A stretch of DNA of 64,000 nt, from the NCBI GenBank assembly GCA_017307355.1, contig JAFKFG010000019.1:3426-67425 (forward strand). Direction: 5' to 3'. The stretch is from Alphaproteobacteria bacterium. GTDB taxonomy: Bacteria > Pseudomonadota > Alphaproteobacteria > Micropepsales > Micropepsaceae. A program made the position numbers and the translations under genes. Of the stretch, positions 17,572 to 27,152 are shown piece by piece. Under the pieces are notes generated by a model that had not been told where the DNA came from, searched no databases, and saw nothing but the letters and a program-made list of their open reading frames with translations. Each line of letters starts with the position of its first letter. The first letter of the stretch is position 1.

Positions 17572-18039
17572 CTAAGCCGCCTTGAACGTCATCGCCACGC
17601 CGTTCATGCAATAGCGCAGGCCGGTGGGCTTGGGCCCGTCGGTGAAGACATGGCCCAGATGCCCGCCACAGCCATGACATAGGACTTCCGTGCGGATCAT
17701 CATCTCGCTGGTGTCGGTGCGCGTGTCCACGGCACCGGCAAGCGGCTTCCAGAAACTGGGCCAGCCGGTCTGGCTGTCATATTTGGTGTCGGACGAGAAC
17801 AGCGCGGTGTTGCAGCCGGCGCAGGCGTAGGTGCCTTTCTTGTAAATCATGTCGAGCGGGCTGGAGTAGGGCATCTCGGTGCCCTGATGGCGCAGCACGT
17901 CATAGGCGGCGGGCGAAAGGATCTTCTTCCACTCCGCGTCGCTTTTGGTCACGGGATATCCGGCGAACGCCGCCGGCGCGCCGAGGCAGGTTCCCGCGCC
18001 TCCCATCATCAGCAAACTCAGGAAAGTTCGTCTCTGCAT
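17572..18039 (-). CDS. msrB: Peptide-methionine (R)-S-oxide reductase MsrB, Tat-exported form
   Basis: Twin-arginine signal (MQRRTFLSLLMMGGAGTCLGAPAAFA). Zn-binding CxxC pairs (CAGC, CHGC) and the catalytic RYCMNG motif are present. Confidence 0.9.
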   Translation of the reverse strand: MQRRTFLSLLMMGGAGTCLGAPAAFAGYPVTKSDAEWKKILSPAAYDVLRHQGTEMPYSSPLDMIYKKGTYACAGCNTALFSSDTKYDSQTGWPSFWKPLAGAVDTRTDTSEMMIRTEVLCHGCGGHLGHVFTDGPKPTGLRYCMNGVAMTFKAA

Positions 18040-18101
18040 GTGTCGCTCCGGTACGCAATCATACGCAAAAGCAGTTCGCGGGGGATCAAAAAAAGTTACG
18101 G

Positions 18102-18127
18102 GGAACCGTGGCCGGTGGCGGCCCGTT
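18102..18127 (+). promoter_or_regulatory. EcfG-type (general stress response) promoter candidate for csbD
   Basis: GGAAC (18102-18106), 17-nt spacer, CGTT (18124-18127), about 33 nt upstream of the csbD ATG. This matches the published alphaproteobacterial EcfG consensus GGAAC-N16/17-CGTT. Confidence 0.5.
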
Positions 18128-18159
18128 ATCTTTTTGCTTTTCCTTCAGGAGATTACGGA

Positions 18160-18342
18160 ATGGACAAGGACAGGATCGAAGGTGCCGCCAACCAAGCCAA
18201 GGGTGCCATCAAGGAAGCGGCTGGAAAGATGGCCGGCGACGCTAAGCTCAAGGCGGAAGGCGCCGCGGACAAGGCGAAAGGCAAAATCCAGAATGCGGTT
18301 GGCGGCGCCAAGGACGCGCTGCGCGATGCCTCCGGGCATTAG
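18160..18342 (+). CDS. CsbD-family stress-response protein
   Basis: 60 aa, MDKDRIEGAANQAKGAIKEAAGKMAGDAKLKAEGAADKAKGKIQNAVGGAKDAL, the typical CsbD repeat pattern. RBS AGGAGA lies upstream. Confidence 0.85.
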   Translation: MDKDRIEGAANQAKGAIKEAAGKMAGDAKLKAEGAADKAKGKIQNAVGGAKDALRDASGH

Positions 18343-18360
18343 GTTCAATTTGGCGCAGGC

Positions 18361-18394
18361 AGCCCGGCTTTCGTCCCGAAAGCCGGGCTTTTTG
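18361..18394 (+). terminator. Intrinsic terminator of csbD
   Basis: Perfect 13-bp stem (18361-18373 pairs with 18377-18389), 3-nt loop, T-run 18389-18393. Confidence 0.8.
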
Positions 18395-18464
18395 CTGTTT
18401 CGGCCGGGCTGTCTTGCCGGGCCGCGCCGCGATATAAGAACGCTCCGCATACTAGGGACGCTCC

Positions 18465-20240
18465 ATGACCGCCTTTCTGAGATGGCTCCGCTCGATCATG
18501 GCGGCGGTCCTCAACGGCATCGCCAAATTCGCCTTCCTGCTGATCCTGATTTTCGCCGTGCTGCTGGTGATCGGGCTGGCACAAGGCGACGGCCTGCCCA
18601 AGAACACGGTGCTCACATTGGATCTGCGCGACTCGATCGCGGATTCGGCGGCGACCGGCCTTTCGTTCAGCGGCACGCAGCAGACGGTGATGAATCTGGT
18701 GTTCGCGCTCGACAATGCTTCGCGCGATGCCCGCATCAAGGGCGTGGTGATGCGGCTGGGCAATGGTGCGCTTTCGCTGGCCGAAGCCGAGGAAATCTCG
18801 GCCGCGCTGCACCGGTTCCGCGATAAGGGGAAATTCGTCATCGCCCAGGCGACCGGCTTTCTCTCATCGGGTCTGGGTGACTATGTCGCCGCCGCTGCCG
18901 CCGATCAGATTTGGGTGCAGCCGCACAGCGATTTCAAGGTTTCGGGCGCCATGGTCGGCGGCGTCTTCGTGAAGGGCCTGTTCGACAAGATAGACGCCGT
19001 GCCGCAGATGGCCAAGCGCGCCGAATATAAAAGCGCCGCCGACATGTACATGGAAAAATCCATGACCGATGCGGACAAGGAGCAGCTCACCCAGGTGACG
19101 AAGTCGTTGCTCGACAATGCGGTGACGCATGTGGCGGCGGACCGCCGCCTGGATCCCGCCAAAGTACGCGCGGCGTTCGACGAAAGCCCGCAATTCGCGG
19201 AAGATGCCAAGGCCAAGGGCCTGATCGATCGCATCGGCTATGACGATGACGCGTTGGGCGCCGGGCTGGGCCGGGCCGGGGCGGGCGCCAAGCCGTACAA
19301 GATCACCGATTACATCAAGGCGCAGGATTTCAGCACCGCCTATGGCGCCAATCTCGCGGTGATCGAAGCGGCGGGCGAAATCGTGGACGGCACCGCCAAG
19401 GGCGACATCTTCAACACCACCGCCGGCATCGCCAGCGACGATCTGTCGGAAGCGATCCGCCAGGCGGCGCGGGCGCCCGGCATCAAGGCGATCGTGCTCA
19501 GGGTGGATTCGCCCGGCGGTTCGGTGACCGCCTCGGATCAGATTCTGGATGCGGTGAAAAAGGCGCAGGCCAAAGGCAAGCCGGTGGTGGTGAGCATGGG
19601 CGGCCTGGGCGCGTCGGGGGGCTATTACATCTCCGCCAGCGCCAACAAGATCGTGGCCCAGCCCGGAACCCTGACGGGCTCCATCGGCGTGCTGACCGGC
19701 AAGGTGGCGTTGGGCAAATCCTTCAATCTGGTGGGCGCGGAGATGGACGAAGTCGCGTCGGGCAAGAACACCATGATGGATTCCATGACCCAACCTTACA
19801 CGCCCGAACAATGGGCGCTGCTGAATCATCAGGCGGACGTGATCTATGACGATTTCCTGCACAAGGTGGCGGCCGGTCGCAAATTGCCGTTCGAACAGGT
19901 TCAGGCGGTGGCCAAGGGGCGGGTCTGGACCGGCGCCGACGCGAAGGCGCGGGGATTGGTGGACGGGCTGGGCGGCTTCTGGACCGCGGCCGACATGGCG
20001 GCCCAATTGGGGGGGATCGCCAAGGGCCAGATCGCGATCAAGATCTATCCCCGGCGGCGGGGGCTGGTGGAAAGCCTCAGCAATCTGATGGGCCGCAGCC
20101 AGGCCAGTATGAAGGCCCTGGAAGGCCTCCAGACCCTGATGGCGCTGCCGGGGCTTCAAAGCGTCCTGGGAACGCTGGCGCGGGCCCCGCGGGGAACCGT
20201 GGAACTTCGGGCGCCCAGCCTCTCCCAAAACATTCCCTAA
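18465..20240 (+). CDS. sppA: Signal peptide peptidase SppA, 67K type
   Basis: 591 aa with an N-terminal TM segment and two ClpP/crotonase-like halves. Motifs GGSVTASDQILDAV, SMGGLGASGGYYIS and GRVWTGADAKARGLVD. Confidence 0.9.
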   Translation: MTAFLRWLRSIMAAVLNGIAKFAFLLILIFAVLLVIGLAQGDGLPKNTVLTLDLRDSIADSAATGLSFSGTQQTVMNLVFALDNASRDARIKGVVMRLGNGALSLAEAEEISAALHRFRDKGKFVIAQATGFLSSGLGDYVAAAAADQIWVQPHSDFKVSGAMVGGVFVKGLFDKIDAVPQMAKRAEYKSAADMYMEKSMTDADKEQLTQVTKSLLDNAVTHVAADRRLDPAKVRAAFDESPQFAEDAKAKGLIDRIGYDDDALGAGLGRAGAGAKPYKITDYIKAQDFSTAYGANLAVIEAAGEIVDGTAKGDIFNTTAGIASDDLSEAIRQAARAPGIKAIVLRVDSPGGSVTASDQILDAVKKAQAKGKPVVVSMGGLGASGGYYISASANKIVAQPGTLTGSIGVLTGKVALGKSFNLVGAEMDEVASGKNTMMDSMTQPYTPEQWALLNHQADVIYDDFLHKVAAGRKLPFEQVQAVAKGRVWTGADAKARGLVDGLGGFWTAADMAAQLGGIAKGQIAIKIYPRRRGLVESLSNLMGRSQASMKALEGLQTLMALPGLQSVLGTLARAPRGTVELRAPSLSQNIP

Positions 20241-20416
20241 CGGCAGGATAAATACTTTCTGTTCCAGGGCCCAGGACATATAATTTCTCTTAAGATTCGC
20301 AGGGTGGCGCCCCTTCACCAAACCTGCGAAATTATGACGGTTGCGTTCTGGGGGCAGGACGCCCCGAAATTTGGAGATCGGTCATTCCCGTATCGGCAAA
20401 ATCGCAAAACGAGGCT

Positions 20417-20647
20417 ATGCCCGTTCGCGACATGAGTTTCGAATCCGCTTTGAAGGAGCTTGAAACCATCGTTGCGCGCCTGGAGCAGGGAGAGGTCGAC
20501 CTCGAGGACTCCATCGCGCTTTACGAGCGCGGTCAGGCGTTGAAAAGCCATTGCGAGGCCAAGCTCAAATCGGCCGAAAGCCGGCTGGAAAAGATCGTCC
20601 AGGGCGCCGGCGGCCCGGCCGTGGGCGAGAGGCTGGACGTGGCATGA
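20417..20647 (+). CDS. xseB: Exodeoxyribonuclease VII small subunit
   Basis: 76 aa. SFESALKELETIVARLEQGEVDLEDSIALYERGQAL is the XseB signature. Confidence 0.85.
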   Translation: MPVRDMSFESALKELETIVARLEQGEVDLEDSIALYERGQALKSHCEAKLKSAESRLEKIVQGAGGPAVGERLDVA

Positions 20648-20741
20648 CCTTGATTTCTCTCGCCATACGTTCGATTTGTCATGATCGCGCATTCCACGGG
20701 CTGGGCGCGCGATCCGTCACATGCCCCAATCCGGTTGCGCC

Positions 20742-22673
20742 ATGAGCTTACCCACCAAGACCCCGCTTCTCGACCAGGTCGATGTTCCGGCCGATCTGCG
20801 CAAGCTCCCCAAAAGCGCGCTGCGCCAATTCGCCGACGAATTGCGCACCGACCTGATCGACATCGTGTCGGTCACGGGCGGCCATTTCGGCGCCGGCCTG
20901 GGCGTGGTCGAACTGACCGTGGCACTGCATTACGTGTTCAACACGCCCGCGGATCGCCTGATCTGGGATGTGGGCCACCAGGCCTATCCGCATAAGATCA
21001 TCACCGGCCGCCGGTCGCGCATGCGCAGCCTGCGCCAGGGCGGCGGCCTGTCCGGCTTCACCAAGCGGATGGAAAGCGAATACGACCCGTTCGGTGCGGC
21101 CCATTCCTCGACGTCGATTTCGGCGGGCCTGGGCATGGCGGCGGCGCGGGACCTGAAGGGCGAGCACAACAATGTCATCGCGGTGATCGGCGACGGGTCG
21201 ATGAGCGCGGGCATGGCCTATGAGGCGATGAACAATGCGGGCGCCAACAAGAACCGCTTGATCGTCATCCTCAACGACAACGACATGTCGATCGCGCCGC
21301 CGGTGGGCGCGATGAGCGCCTATCTGGCGCGCCTGGTGTCGAGCCGGCCCTATACGGGCCTGCGCAATTTCGGCAAGCGCATGGCCAAGCGCCTGTTGCC
21401 CCGCTTCCTGTTCAACATGGCCCGCCGCACCGAGGAATATGCTCGCGGCATGGCGATGGGCGGCACCCTGTTCGAAGAGATGGGCTTCTTCTATGTCGGC
21501 CCGATCGACGGCCACAATCTGGATCACCTGATCCCGATCCTGGAAAATGTGCGCGACACCATGACCGGCCCGGTGCTGATCCATGTCGTGACCAAGAAGG
21601 GCCATGGCTATGCCCCGGCGGAAGCCAGTGCCGACAAATATCATGCGGTGTCCAAATTCACCGTCCTCACCGGCGAGCAGAAAAAGACCGTCGCCAAGGC
21701 GCCGACCTTCCAGAAAGTGTTCGGCGAAAGCCTGATCGCCGAAGCCAAGAAGGACGAGCGCATCGTGGCGATCACCGCCGCCATGCCGTCGGGCACCGGC
21801 GTGGATCTTTTCGAAAAAGCGTTCCCCAATCGCAGCTTCGATGTCGGCATCGCCGAGCAGCATGCGGTGACCTTCGCCGCGGGCCTGGCGTCTGAAGGCA
21901 TGAAGCCTTTCTGCGCCATCTATTCGACCTTCCTGCAGCGCGCCTATGACCAGGTGGTGCATGACGTGGCGATCCAGTCCTTGCCCGTGCGCTTCGCCAT
22001 GGACCGCGCCGGCCTGGTGGGCGCGGACGGCGCCACCCACGCGGGTTCTTTCGATATCGCCTATCTCGCCACCTTGCCCAATTTCGTGGTCATGGCGGCG
22101 GCGGACGAGGCGGAGTTGACCCATATGGTCGCCACCGCCGTGCAGATCAACGACAAGCCCAGCGCCATCCGCTATCCGCGCGGCGAGGGCACGGGCGTCG
22201 CCCGGCCCGCCGAAGGCGCGCCGTTGCCCATCGGCAAGGGCCGCATGATCCGCGAAGGCTCGTCCATCGCGATCCTGTCGTTCGGCGCGCGCCTGCCGGA
22301 AGTCTTGCTGGCGGCGGAGAAGCTGTCGGCCTATGGCCTGTCGCCCACCATCGCCGATGCGCGCTTCGCCAAGCCGCTGGACACCGACCTGATCGCCAAG
22401 CTGGCGCGCGAGCATGAAGTCCTGATCACCATCGAGGAAGGCGCGGCAGGCGGCTTCGGCAGCCATGTGATGCAGTTCCTGGCCTGGGAAGGGCTGCTCG
22501 ACAAAGGGCTCAAGATGCGGCCCATGACCTTGCCGGACATCTTCCAGGATCAGGACACGCCCGAGCGCCAATATGCCCAGGCGGGCCTGGACGCGGACGG
22601 TATCGTCAAGGTCGCCTTGTCGGCGCTGGGACGGTCCAACGAAGTGCCGGCGGCCGTGGGCAGGATCGCCTAA
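20742..22673 (+). CDS. dxs: 1-deoxy-D-xylulose-5-phosphate synthase
   Basis: ATG 20742 ([22 protein letters not shown]). Motifs [39 protein letters not shown] and [15 protein letters not shown]. Confidence 0.95.
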   Translation: MSLPTKTPLLDQVDVPADLRKLPKSALRQFADELRTDLIDIVSVTGGHFGAGLGVVELTVALHYVFNTPADRLIWDVGHQAYPHKIITGRRSRMRSLRQGGGLSGFTKRMESEYDPFGAAHSSTSISAGLGMAAARDLKGEHNNVIAVIGDGSMSAGMAYEAMNNAGANKNRLIVILNDNDMSIAPPVGAMSAYLARLVSSRPYTGLRNFGKRMAKRLLPRFLFNMARRTEEYARGMAMGGTLFEEMGFFYVGPIDGHNLDHLIPILENVRDTMTGPVLIHVVTKKGHGYAPAEASADKYHAVSKFTVLTGEQKKTVAKAPTFQKVFGESLIAEAKKDERIVAITAAMPSGTGVDLFEKAFPNRSFDVGIAEQHAVTFAAGLASEGMKPFCAIYSTFLQRAYDQVVHDVAIQSLPVRFAMDRAGLVGADGATHAGSFDIAYLATLPNFVVMAAADEAELTHMVATAVQINDKPSAIRYPRGEGTGVARPAEGAPLPIGKGRMIREGSSIAILSFGARLPEVLLAAEKLSAYGLSPTIADARFAKPLDTDLIAKLAREHEVLITIEEGAAGGFGSHVMQFLAWEGLLDKGLKMRPMTLPDIFQDQDTPERQYAQAGLDADGIVKVALSALGRSNEVPAAVGRIA

Positions 22674-22681
22674 GGCGCGTT

Positions 22682-23407
22682 ATGCGCGCCGACGTCTTTC
22701 TGGTCGAAAACGGATTTGCCAGGAGCCGCAGCGAGGCGCAGGCCGCCATTCGCGGCGGGCTCGTGCGGATTGACGGCGCGCTGGTCGGCAAGCCTTCGCA
22801 CGCAGTGCCCATGGGCGCCGTGATCGAATACGCAAAACCTCATCCCTTTGTCTCGCGGGGCGGGGTCAAGCTCGCGGCCGCGCTGGACCATTTCGGCCTC
22901 TCGCCGGAGGGGCGGGCTTGTCTGGATCTCGGCGCTTCCACCGGCGGCTTCACCCAGGTTCTGCTCCAGCGCGGCGCGGCGCGGGTTCACGCGGTGGATG
23001 TGGGGCATGGCCAGATGGATGCAGGTCTGGCGGGGGACCCACGCATCGTCATCCATGACGGCGTCAATGCCCGCGACCTGACGTCCGCGCGCTTTTCGGA
23101 TGGCATCATGGCGATAACCGCCGATGTCAGCTTCATCAGCCTGAAATTGGCCTTGCCCCCCGCCCTGTCGCTGGCATCGGCCGGTGCCTGGGCGGTTCTG
23201 CTGGTGAAGCCGCAATTCGAAGCCGGGCGGGGTGCTATCGGCAAGGGCGGGATCGTGCGCGATCCGGCGGCGCGCCAGGCGGTCCTGGCCGGCATCGCCG
23301 ACTTTATCGCCGCCGAGGCCGGATGGCGGGTGCTGGGTTCGATCGAAAGCCCGATCGCGGGTGGCGACGGCAATGTCGAATATCTGCTGGCGGCGGTGAA
23401 GCAATGA
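22682..23407 (+). CDS. tlyA: TlyA-family rRNA 2'-O-methyltransferase
   Basis: S4-like N-terminus (MRADVFLVENGFARSRSEAQAAIRGGLV) and FtsJ-like SAM motif (CLDLGASTGGFTQVLLQRGA). Confidence 0.9.
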   Translation: MRADVFLVENGFARSRSEAQAAIRGGLVRIDGALVGKPSHAVPMGAVIEYAKPHPFVSRGGVKLAAALDHFGLSPEGRACLDLGASTGGFTQVLLQRGAARVHAVDVGHGQMDAGLAGDPRIVIHDGVNARDLTSARFSDGIMAITADVSFISLKLALPPALSLASAGAWAVLLVKPQFEAGRGAIGKGGIVRDPAARQAVLAGIADFIAAEAGWRVLGSIESPIAGGDGNVEYLLAAVKQ

Positions 23408-24459
23408 CCGTTTGCGCGCATTTCGGGGTCTGCGGGGGCTGCGCCTTGCAAAATCTTTCGCCCGAAGCATATCGCGCGCGAAAGCGCGATGCCGTCGTCG
23501 CGGCGCTGGCGCGGGTCGGGCTGGGCGATGTGGCGGTGGAAGAGCCATTGCTGGTGCCGGAGAAAACCCGCCGCCGCGCCGTCTTCAAATTCGGCAAGCA
23601 AAAGGGCGCGGTGCATGTCGGCTTTCATGCCGCCCGCAGCCACGAGATCGTGGACATGCGCGAATGCCTGGTTCTCACTCCGGCCTTGCTGGCACTGGCC
23701 GGCGAGCTGCGCCGCGCCTTGGCGGATATTCTCTCCGATGGTGAGAAAGGCGAAGTTCATGTCACCGATACCGGAACGGACCTCGATCTGGCGTTCCGCT
23801 CGCCGCGCAAGCTGACACCGGCCTTGACGTCCGCCATGGCCCGAGCCCTTGCCGGGCCGCATATCGCGCGCATCGTCTTCAATGGCGAGATTTTGCTCGA
23901 GCAAGGTAGCCCGCATATCATGTTCGACGGCGTGGCGGTGGCGTTGCCGCCCCATTCCTTTTTGCAATCCAGCGGGCATGGCGAGGCGGCCTTGACGGCA
24001 CGCGTGCTGGACCTTGCCGAAGGCGCCAAGACTGTCGCCGATCTGTTTGCCGGCATGGGCACCTTCGCCTTGCCGCTGGCCCGCCGCGCCAAAGTGCATG
24101 CGGTCGAACAGGAGGGCGAGGCCCTTGCCGTGCTGGCGGACGCCGCGCGCAAGGCCAAGGGCCTCAAGCCCGTCACCACCGAGCGGCGCGACCTGTTCAA
24201 GACACCCCTGACGCCGCTGGAGCTGAACCGCTTCGACGCCATCGTGCTGGATCCGCCGCGCGCTGGCGCGGAAGCGCAAGTGAAGCTGCTGGCAGGATCA
24301 AAGGTGAAGCGGGTGATCTATGTGTCCTGCGATGCAAGCAGTTTTTCCCGCGATGCCGCCATTCTCGTTAAAGCCGGATTCCGGGCCGGGCCGGTGACAC
24401 CGGTCGACCAGTTCCTTTACTCCGATCATATAGAACTGGTTGGCGGCTTTACGCGCTAA
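23404..24459 (+). CDS. Class I SAM-dependent RNA (uracil-5) methyltransferase, RumA/TrmA-like
   Basis: ATG 23404 overlaps the tlyA stop (ATGA). N-terminal Fe-S Cys cluster ([13 protein letters not shown]), SAM motif ([16 protein letters not shown]) and C-terminal [14 protein letters not shown]. Confidence 0.85.
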   Translation: MTVCAHFGVCGGCALQNLSPEAYRARKRDAVVAALARVGLGDVAVEEPLLVPEKTRRRAVFKFGKQKGAVHVGFHAARSHEIVDMRECLVLTPALLALAGELRRALADILSDGEKGEVHVTDTGTDLDLAFRSPRKLTPALTSAMARALAGPHIARIVFNGEILLEQGSPHIMFDGVAVALPPHSFLQSSGHGEAALTARVLDLAEGAKTVADLFAGMGTFALPLARRAKVHAVEQEGEALAVLADAARKAKGLKPVTTERRDLFKTPLTPLELNRFDAIVLDPPRAGAEAQVKLLAGSKVKRVIYVSCDASSFSRDAAILVKAGFRAGPVTPVDQFLYSDHIELVGGFTR

Positions 24460-25556
24460 CCGATTTGCCCGCGATGGCGCAGCGCCTGATCCGCCAGCAC
24501 CAGCGCCATCATCGCTTCGCCCACCGGCACCGCCCTTATGCCCACGCAAGGATCGTGGCGCCCTTTGGTGACGATCTCGGTTTCCGCGCCGGCTTTGTCG
24601 ATGGTGCGGCGGGGCGTGAGGATGGAGGAGGTGGGCTTCACCGCAAAGCGCGCCACGATGGGCTGGCCGGTGGAAATGCCGCCCAGAATGCCGCCGGCAT
24701 GGTTGGACAGGAACACGGGCTTGCCGTCATTGCCCATCCGCATCTCGTCGGCATTTTCCAGGCCGGTCATGGCGGCGGTGGCAAAGCCGTCGCCGATTTC
24801 CACGCCCTTGACCGCGTTGATGCTCATCAGGGCACTGGCCAGTTCATTGTCTAGCTTGGCATAGACCGGAGCGCCCAGGCCGGCGGGAATGCCTTCGGCC
24901 ACCACTTCCACGATCGCGCCCACCGAGGAGCCATCCTTGCGGATGGCCTCAAGATATTCCGTCCACGGAGCAACGGCGGACGCGTCGGGGCAGAAGAAGG
25001 GGTTTTCCGCGGTCTGGTTCCAGTCCCAATTGGCGCGGTCGATTTTCTGTGAGCCCATCTGCACCAGCGCGGCGCGAATGGTGGCTTTGCCATAGAGCCT
25101 GTCCAGCACCTTGCGGGCGATGGCGCCCGCCGCAACGCGCATGGCGGTCTCGCGCGCCGACTGGCGCCCGCCGCCGCGATAGTCGCGCACGCCATATTTG
25201 GCGTCATAGGTATAGTCGGCATGGCCGGGGCGGTATTTGTCGCGGATCTCGGAATAATCCTTGGAGCGCTGATCCATATTCTCGATCAGCAGACCGATCG
25301 GCGTGCCGGTGGTGAGTTGCTCCGCCATCCGCTCGTCCTGGAAGACGCCGGACAGAATTTTCACCGCGTCCGGTTCCTGGCGCTGGGTGACGAATTTGGA
25401 CTGGCCGGGCCGGCGCCGCTCCAGGTCGCGCTGGATATCGGCTTCGCTGAGGGCGATGCCGGGCGGGCAGCCATCCACCACGCAGCCGATGGCCGGCCCA
25501 TGGCTTTCGCCGAAGGTGGTGACGCGGAAAAGATGGCCGAATGTGTTATGCGACAT
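24456..25556 (-). CDS. aroC: Chorismate synthase
   Basis: ATG 25556 gives [29 protein letters not shown]. The conserved block [17 protein letters not shown] is present. The listed ORF extension to 25874 is discarded. Confidence 0.95.
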   Translation of the reverse strand: MSHNTFGHLFRVTTFGESHGPAIGCVVDGCPPGIALSEADIQRDLERRRPGQSKFVTQRQEPDAVKILSGVFQDERMAEQLTTGTPIGLLIENMDQRSKDYSEIRDKYRPGHADYTYDAKYGVRDYRGGGRQSARETAMRVAAGAIARKVLDRLYGKATIRAALVQMGSQKIDRANWDWNQTAENPFFCPDASAVAPWTEYLEAIRKDGSSVGAIVEVVAEGIPAGLGAPVYAKLDNELASALMSINAVKGVEIGDGFATAAMTGLENADEMRMGNDGKPVFLSNHAGGILGGISTGQPIVARFAVKPTSSILTPRRTIDKAGAETEIVTKGRHDPCVGIRAVPVGEAMMALVLADQALRHRGQIG

Positions 25557-25645
25557 GAAGACTCTTTGATTGGGCGCGCGACCTGGCGCGAACTGCTTCG
25601 CACTTCGCGGGGCCGACGCTTTTCCGATTAGCCGCAAAACCGGCC

Positions 25646-26248
25646 TTAATCCAGCCGCGTCACGGTCCGGCCCTGGACGCGGTAGACCACGCCCTGGGGC
25701 TCGTCCAGATCGCTCATGCCTTGCCATGTGAGGCCCTGAAACAGCCCGCGCAGGATGCGGGTAAGGGCGCCATGGCTGACCGCGAATGTGTCCCCGTTCA
25801 GACTTTCCACCCAATGGGTGGCACGTATGGCGACTTCCGCATAATTCTCGCCGTCCGGAACATGGATGTGCCATTTGTCCGCCCGCCTGGCATCGAACAG
25901 GGCGGGGTCCAAGGCCCGCGCTTCGGCATCGGTCAGTTCATCCCAGCGGCCCAGATTGATCTCTTCGATCCGAGGATCGGTGGCATAGCCATGCCCCGGC
26001 AGCCCCAATGTCTCGCGGACAATCTCCATGGTGACGCAGGCGCGCCGGAGCGGGCTGGAGATGAAGGCGAGGGGCGGCCGCATGCCGACCTGGCGCTCCA
26101 GGATTTCGCCGACGGCGCGCGCCTGATTGCGTCCTGTGTCCGTCAGCGGCGTGTCACGGCGGCCCGAAAAACGCCGCTCGCGATTGGCTTCGGTTTCGCC
26201 ATGCCGCGAGAAGTAAAGCGTTATGCCGTCTTTAAGCTGCAGGCTCAT
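25646..26248 (-). CDS. Histidine phosphatase (phosphoglycerate mutase-like) family protein
   Basis: RHGETEAN catalytic motif ([33 protein letters not shown]) and a downstream SHGA motif. Confidence 0.85.
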   Translation of the reverse strand: MSLQLKDGITLYFSRHGETEANRERRFSGRRDTPLTDTGRNQARAVGEILERQVGMRPPLAFISSPLRRACVTMEIVRETLGLPGHGYATDPRIEEINLGRWDELTDAEARALDPALFDARRADKWHIHVPDGENYAEVAIRATHWVESLNGDTFAVSHGALTRILRGLFQGLTWQGMSDLDEPQGVVYRVQGRTVTRLD

Positions 26249-27059
26249 TCTTTCCGACAGCGATATCGGGCGCGTCCTCGGCCTTCATGCCGACCACGTG
26301 GTATCCGCCATCGACATGCAGGCATTCGCCGGTCACGGCGCTGCCCAGATCGGACAAGAGATAAAGCGCGGCATTGCCCACTTCGTCGATGGTGACGGTG
26401 CGCCTAAGCGGCGCGTTCAACTCGTTCCATTTCAGGATGTAACGGAAATCGCCGATGCCGCTGGCCGCCAGGGTCTTGATCGGACCGGCCGATATGGCGT
26501 TGACGCGGATGGCGCGCTTGCCCAAATCTTCCGCCATGTAGCGCACGCTGGCTTCCAGCGCCGCCTTGGCCACGCCCATCACATTGTAATGCGGCATGAC
26601 TTTTTCGCTGCCGTAATAGGTGAGGGTGACCAGGCTGCCGCCCTTGGTCATCATCTTCTCGGCGCGCCGCGCCACGGCGGTGAAGGAGTAGCAGGAGATA
26701 TCCATCGTCATCCGGAAATTTTCCGGCGAGGTGTCGACATAACGGCCCTTGAGCTGATCCTTGTCGGAGAAACCGATGGCATGGACCAGGAAATCCAGTT
26801 CGCCCCAGATGCTGCCCAGTTGCGCGAAGGCCGCGTCGATCGAGGCTTGATCGGAGACATCGCAATCGATCATCGCCGCGGGCTTGAGCGGCTCGACCAA
26901 AGGCATCACGCGCTTCTTGAAGACGTCGCCCTGATAGGAAAAGGCCAGTTCCGCGCCCGCGGCATGCAGCACCTTGGCCACGCCCCAGGCGATGGAGCGA
27001 TCATTCGCGACGCCCATGATGAGGCCTTTTTTGCCTTTCATAAGGCCGTCAAACGCCAT
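26232..27059 (-). CDS. fabI: Enoyl-[acyl-carrier-protein] reductase (NADH) FabI
   Basis: ATG 27059 is preceded by GGGGAG. Motifs GKKGLIMGVANDRSIAWG, YNVMGVAKAALEASVRYMA and RVNAISAGPIKTLAASGI. Upstream ATG 27080 is an alternative start. Confidence 0.9.
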   Translation of the reverse strand: MAFDGLMKGKKGLIMGVANDRSIAWGVAKVLHAAGAELAFSYQGDVFKKRVMPLVEPLKPAAMIDCDVSDQASIDAAFAQLGSIWGELDFLVHAIGFSDKDQLKGRYVDTSPENFRMTMDISCYSFTAVARRAEKMMTKGGSLVTLTYYGSEKVMPHYNVMGVAKAALEASVRYMAEDLGKRAIRVNAISAGPIKTLAASGIGDFRYILKWNELNAPLRRTVTIDEVGNAALYLLSDLGSAVTGECLHVDGGYHVVGMKAEDAPDIAVGKNEPAA

Positions 27060-27152
27060 GAAATACTCCCCGCTGCTCAAGACTCGATTCTAACGATTTG
27101 GGCCGGAATCGCCAACCCGCGGGGGGTGCACACCACCCCCGCCGGCGATGCT

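Noticed and set aside
20296-20330. Perfect 8-bp inverted repeat TTCGCAGG...CCTGCGAA with an 18-nt loop in the lower-GC spacer between sppA and xseB.
   Set aside because: No U-tract, no recognisable riboswitch or operator context, and a large loop. The evidence is too weak to call.
20648-20741. xseB directly followed by dxs, without the ispA gene often found between them.
   Set aside because: This is a synteny variant only. ispA can be encoded elsewhere and nothing in the spacer suggests a deletion scar.
24456-25874. Upstream extensions of listed ORFs: aroC to 25874, rluB to 31988, tldD to 62602, VOC to 55584, pdxH from 28316, msrA from 15327, xseA from 35804.
   Set aside because: The family-typical N-termini begin at internal ATGs. 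The extensions are Arg/Pro/Gly-rich and overlap neighbouring genes or intergenic DNA.
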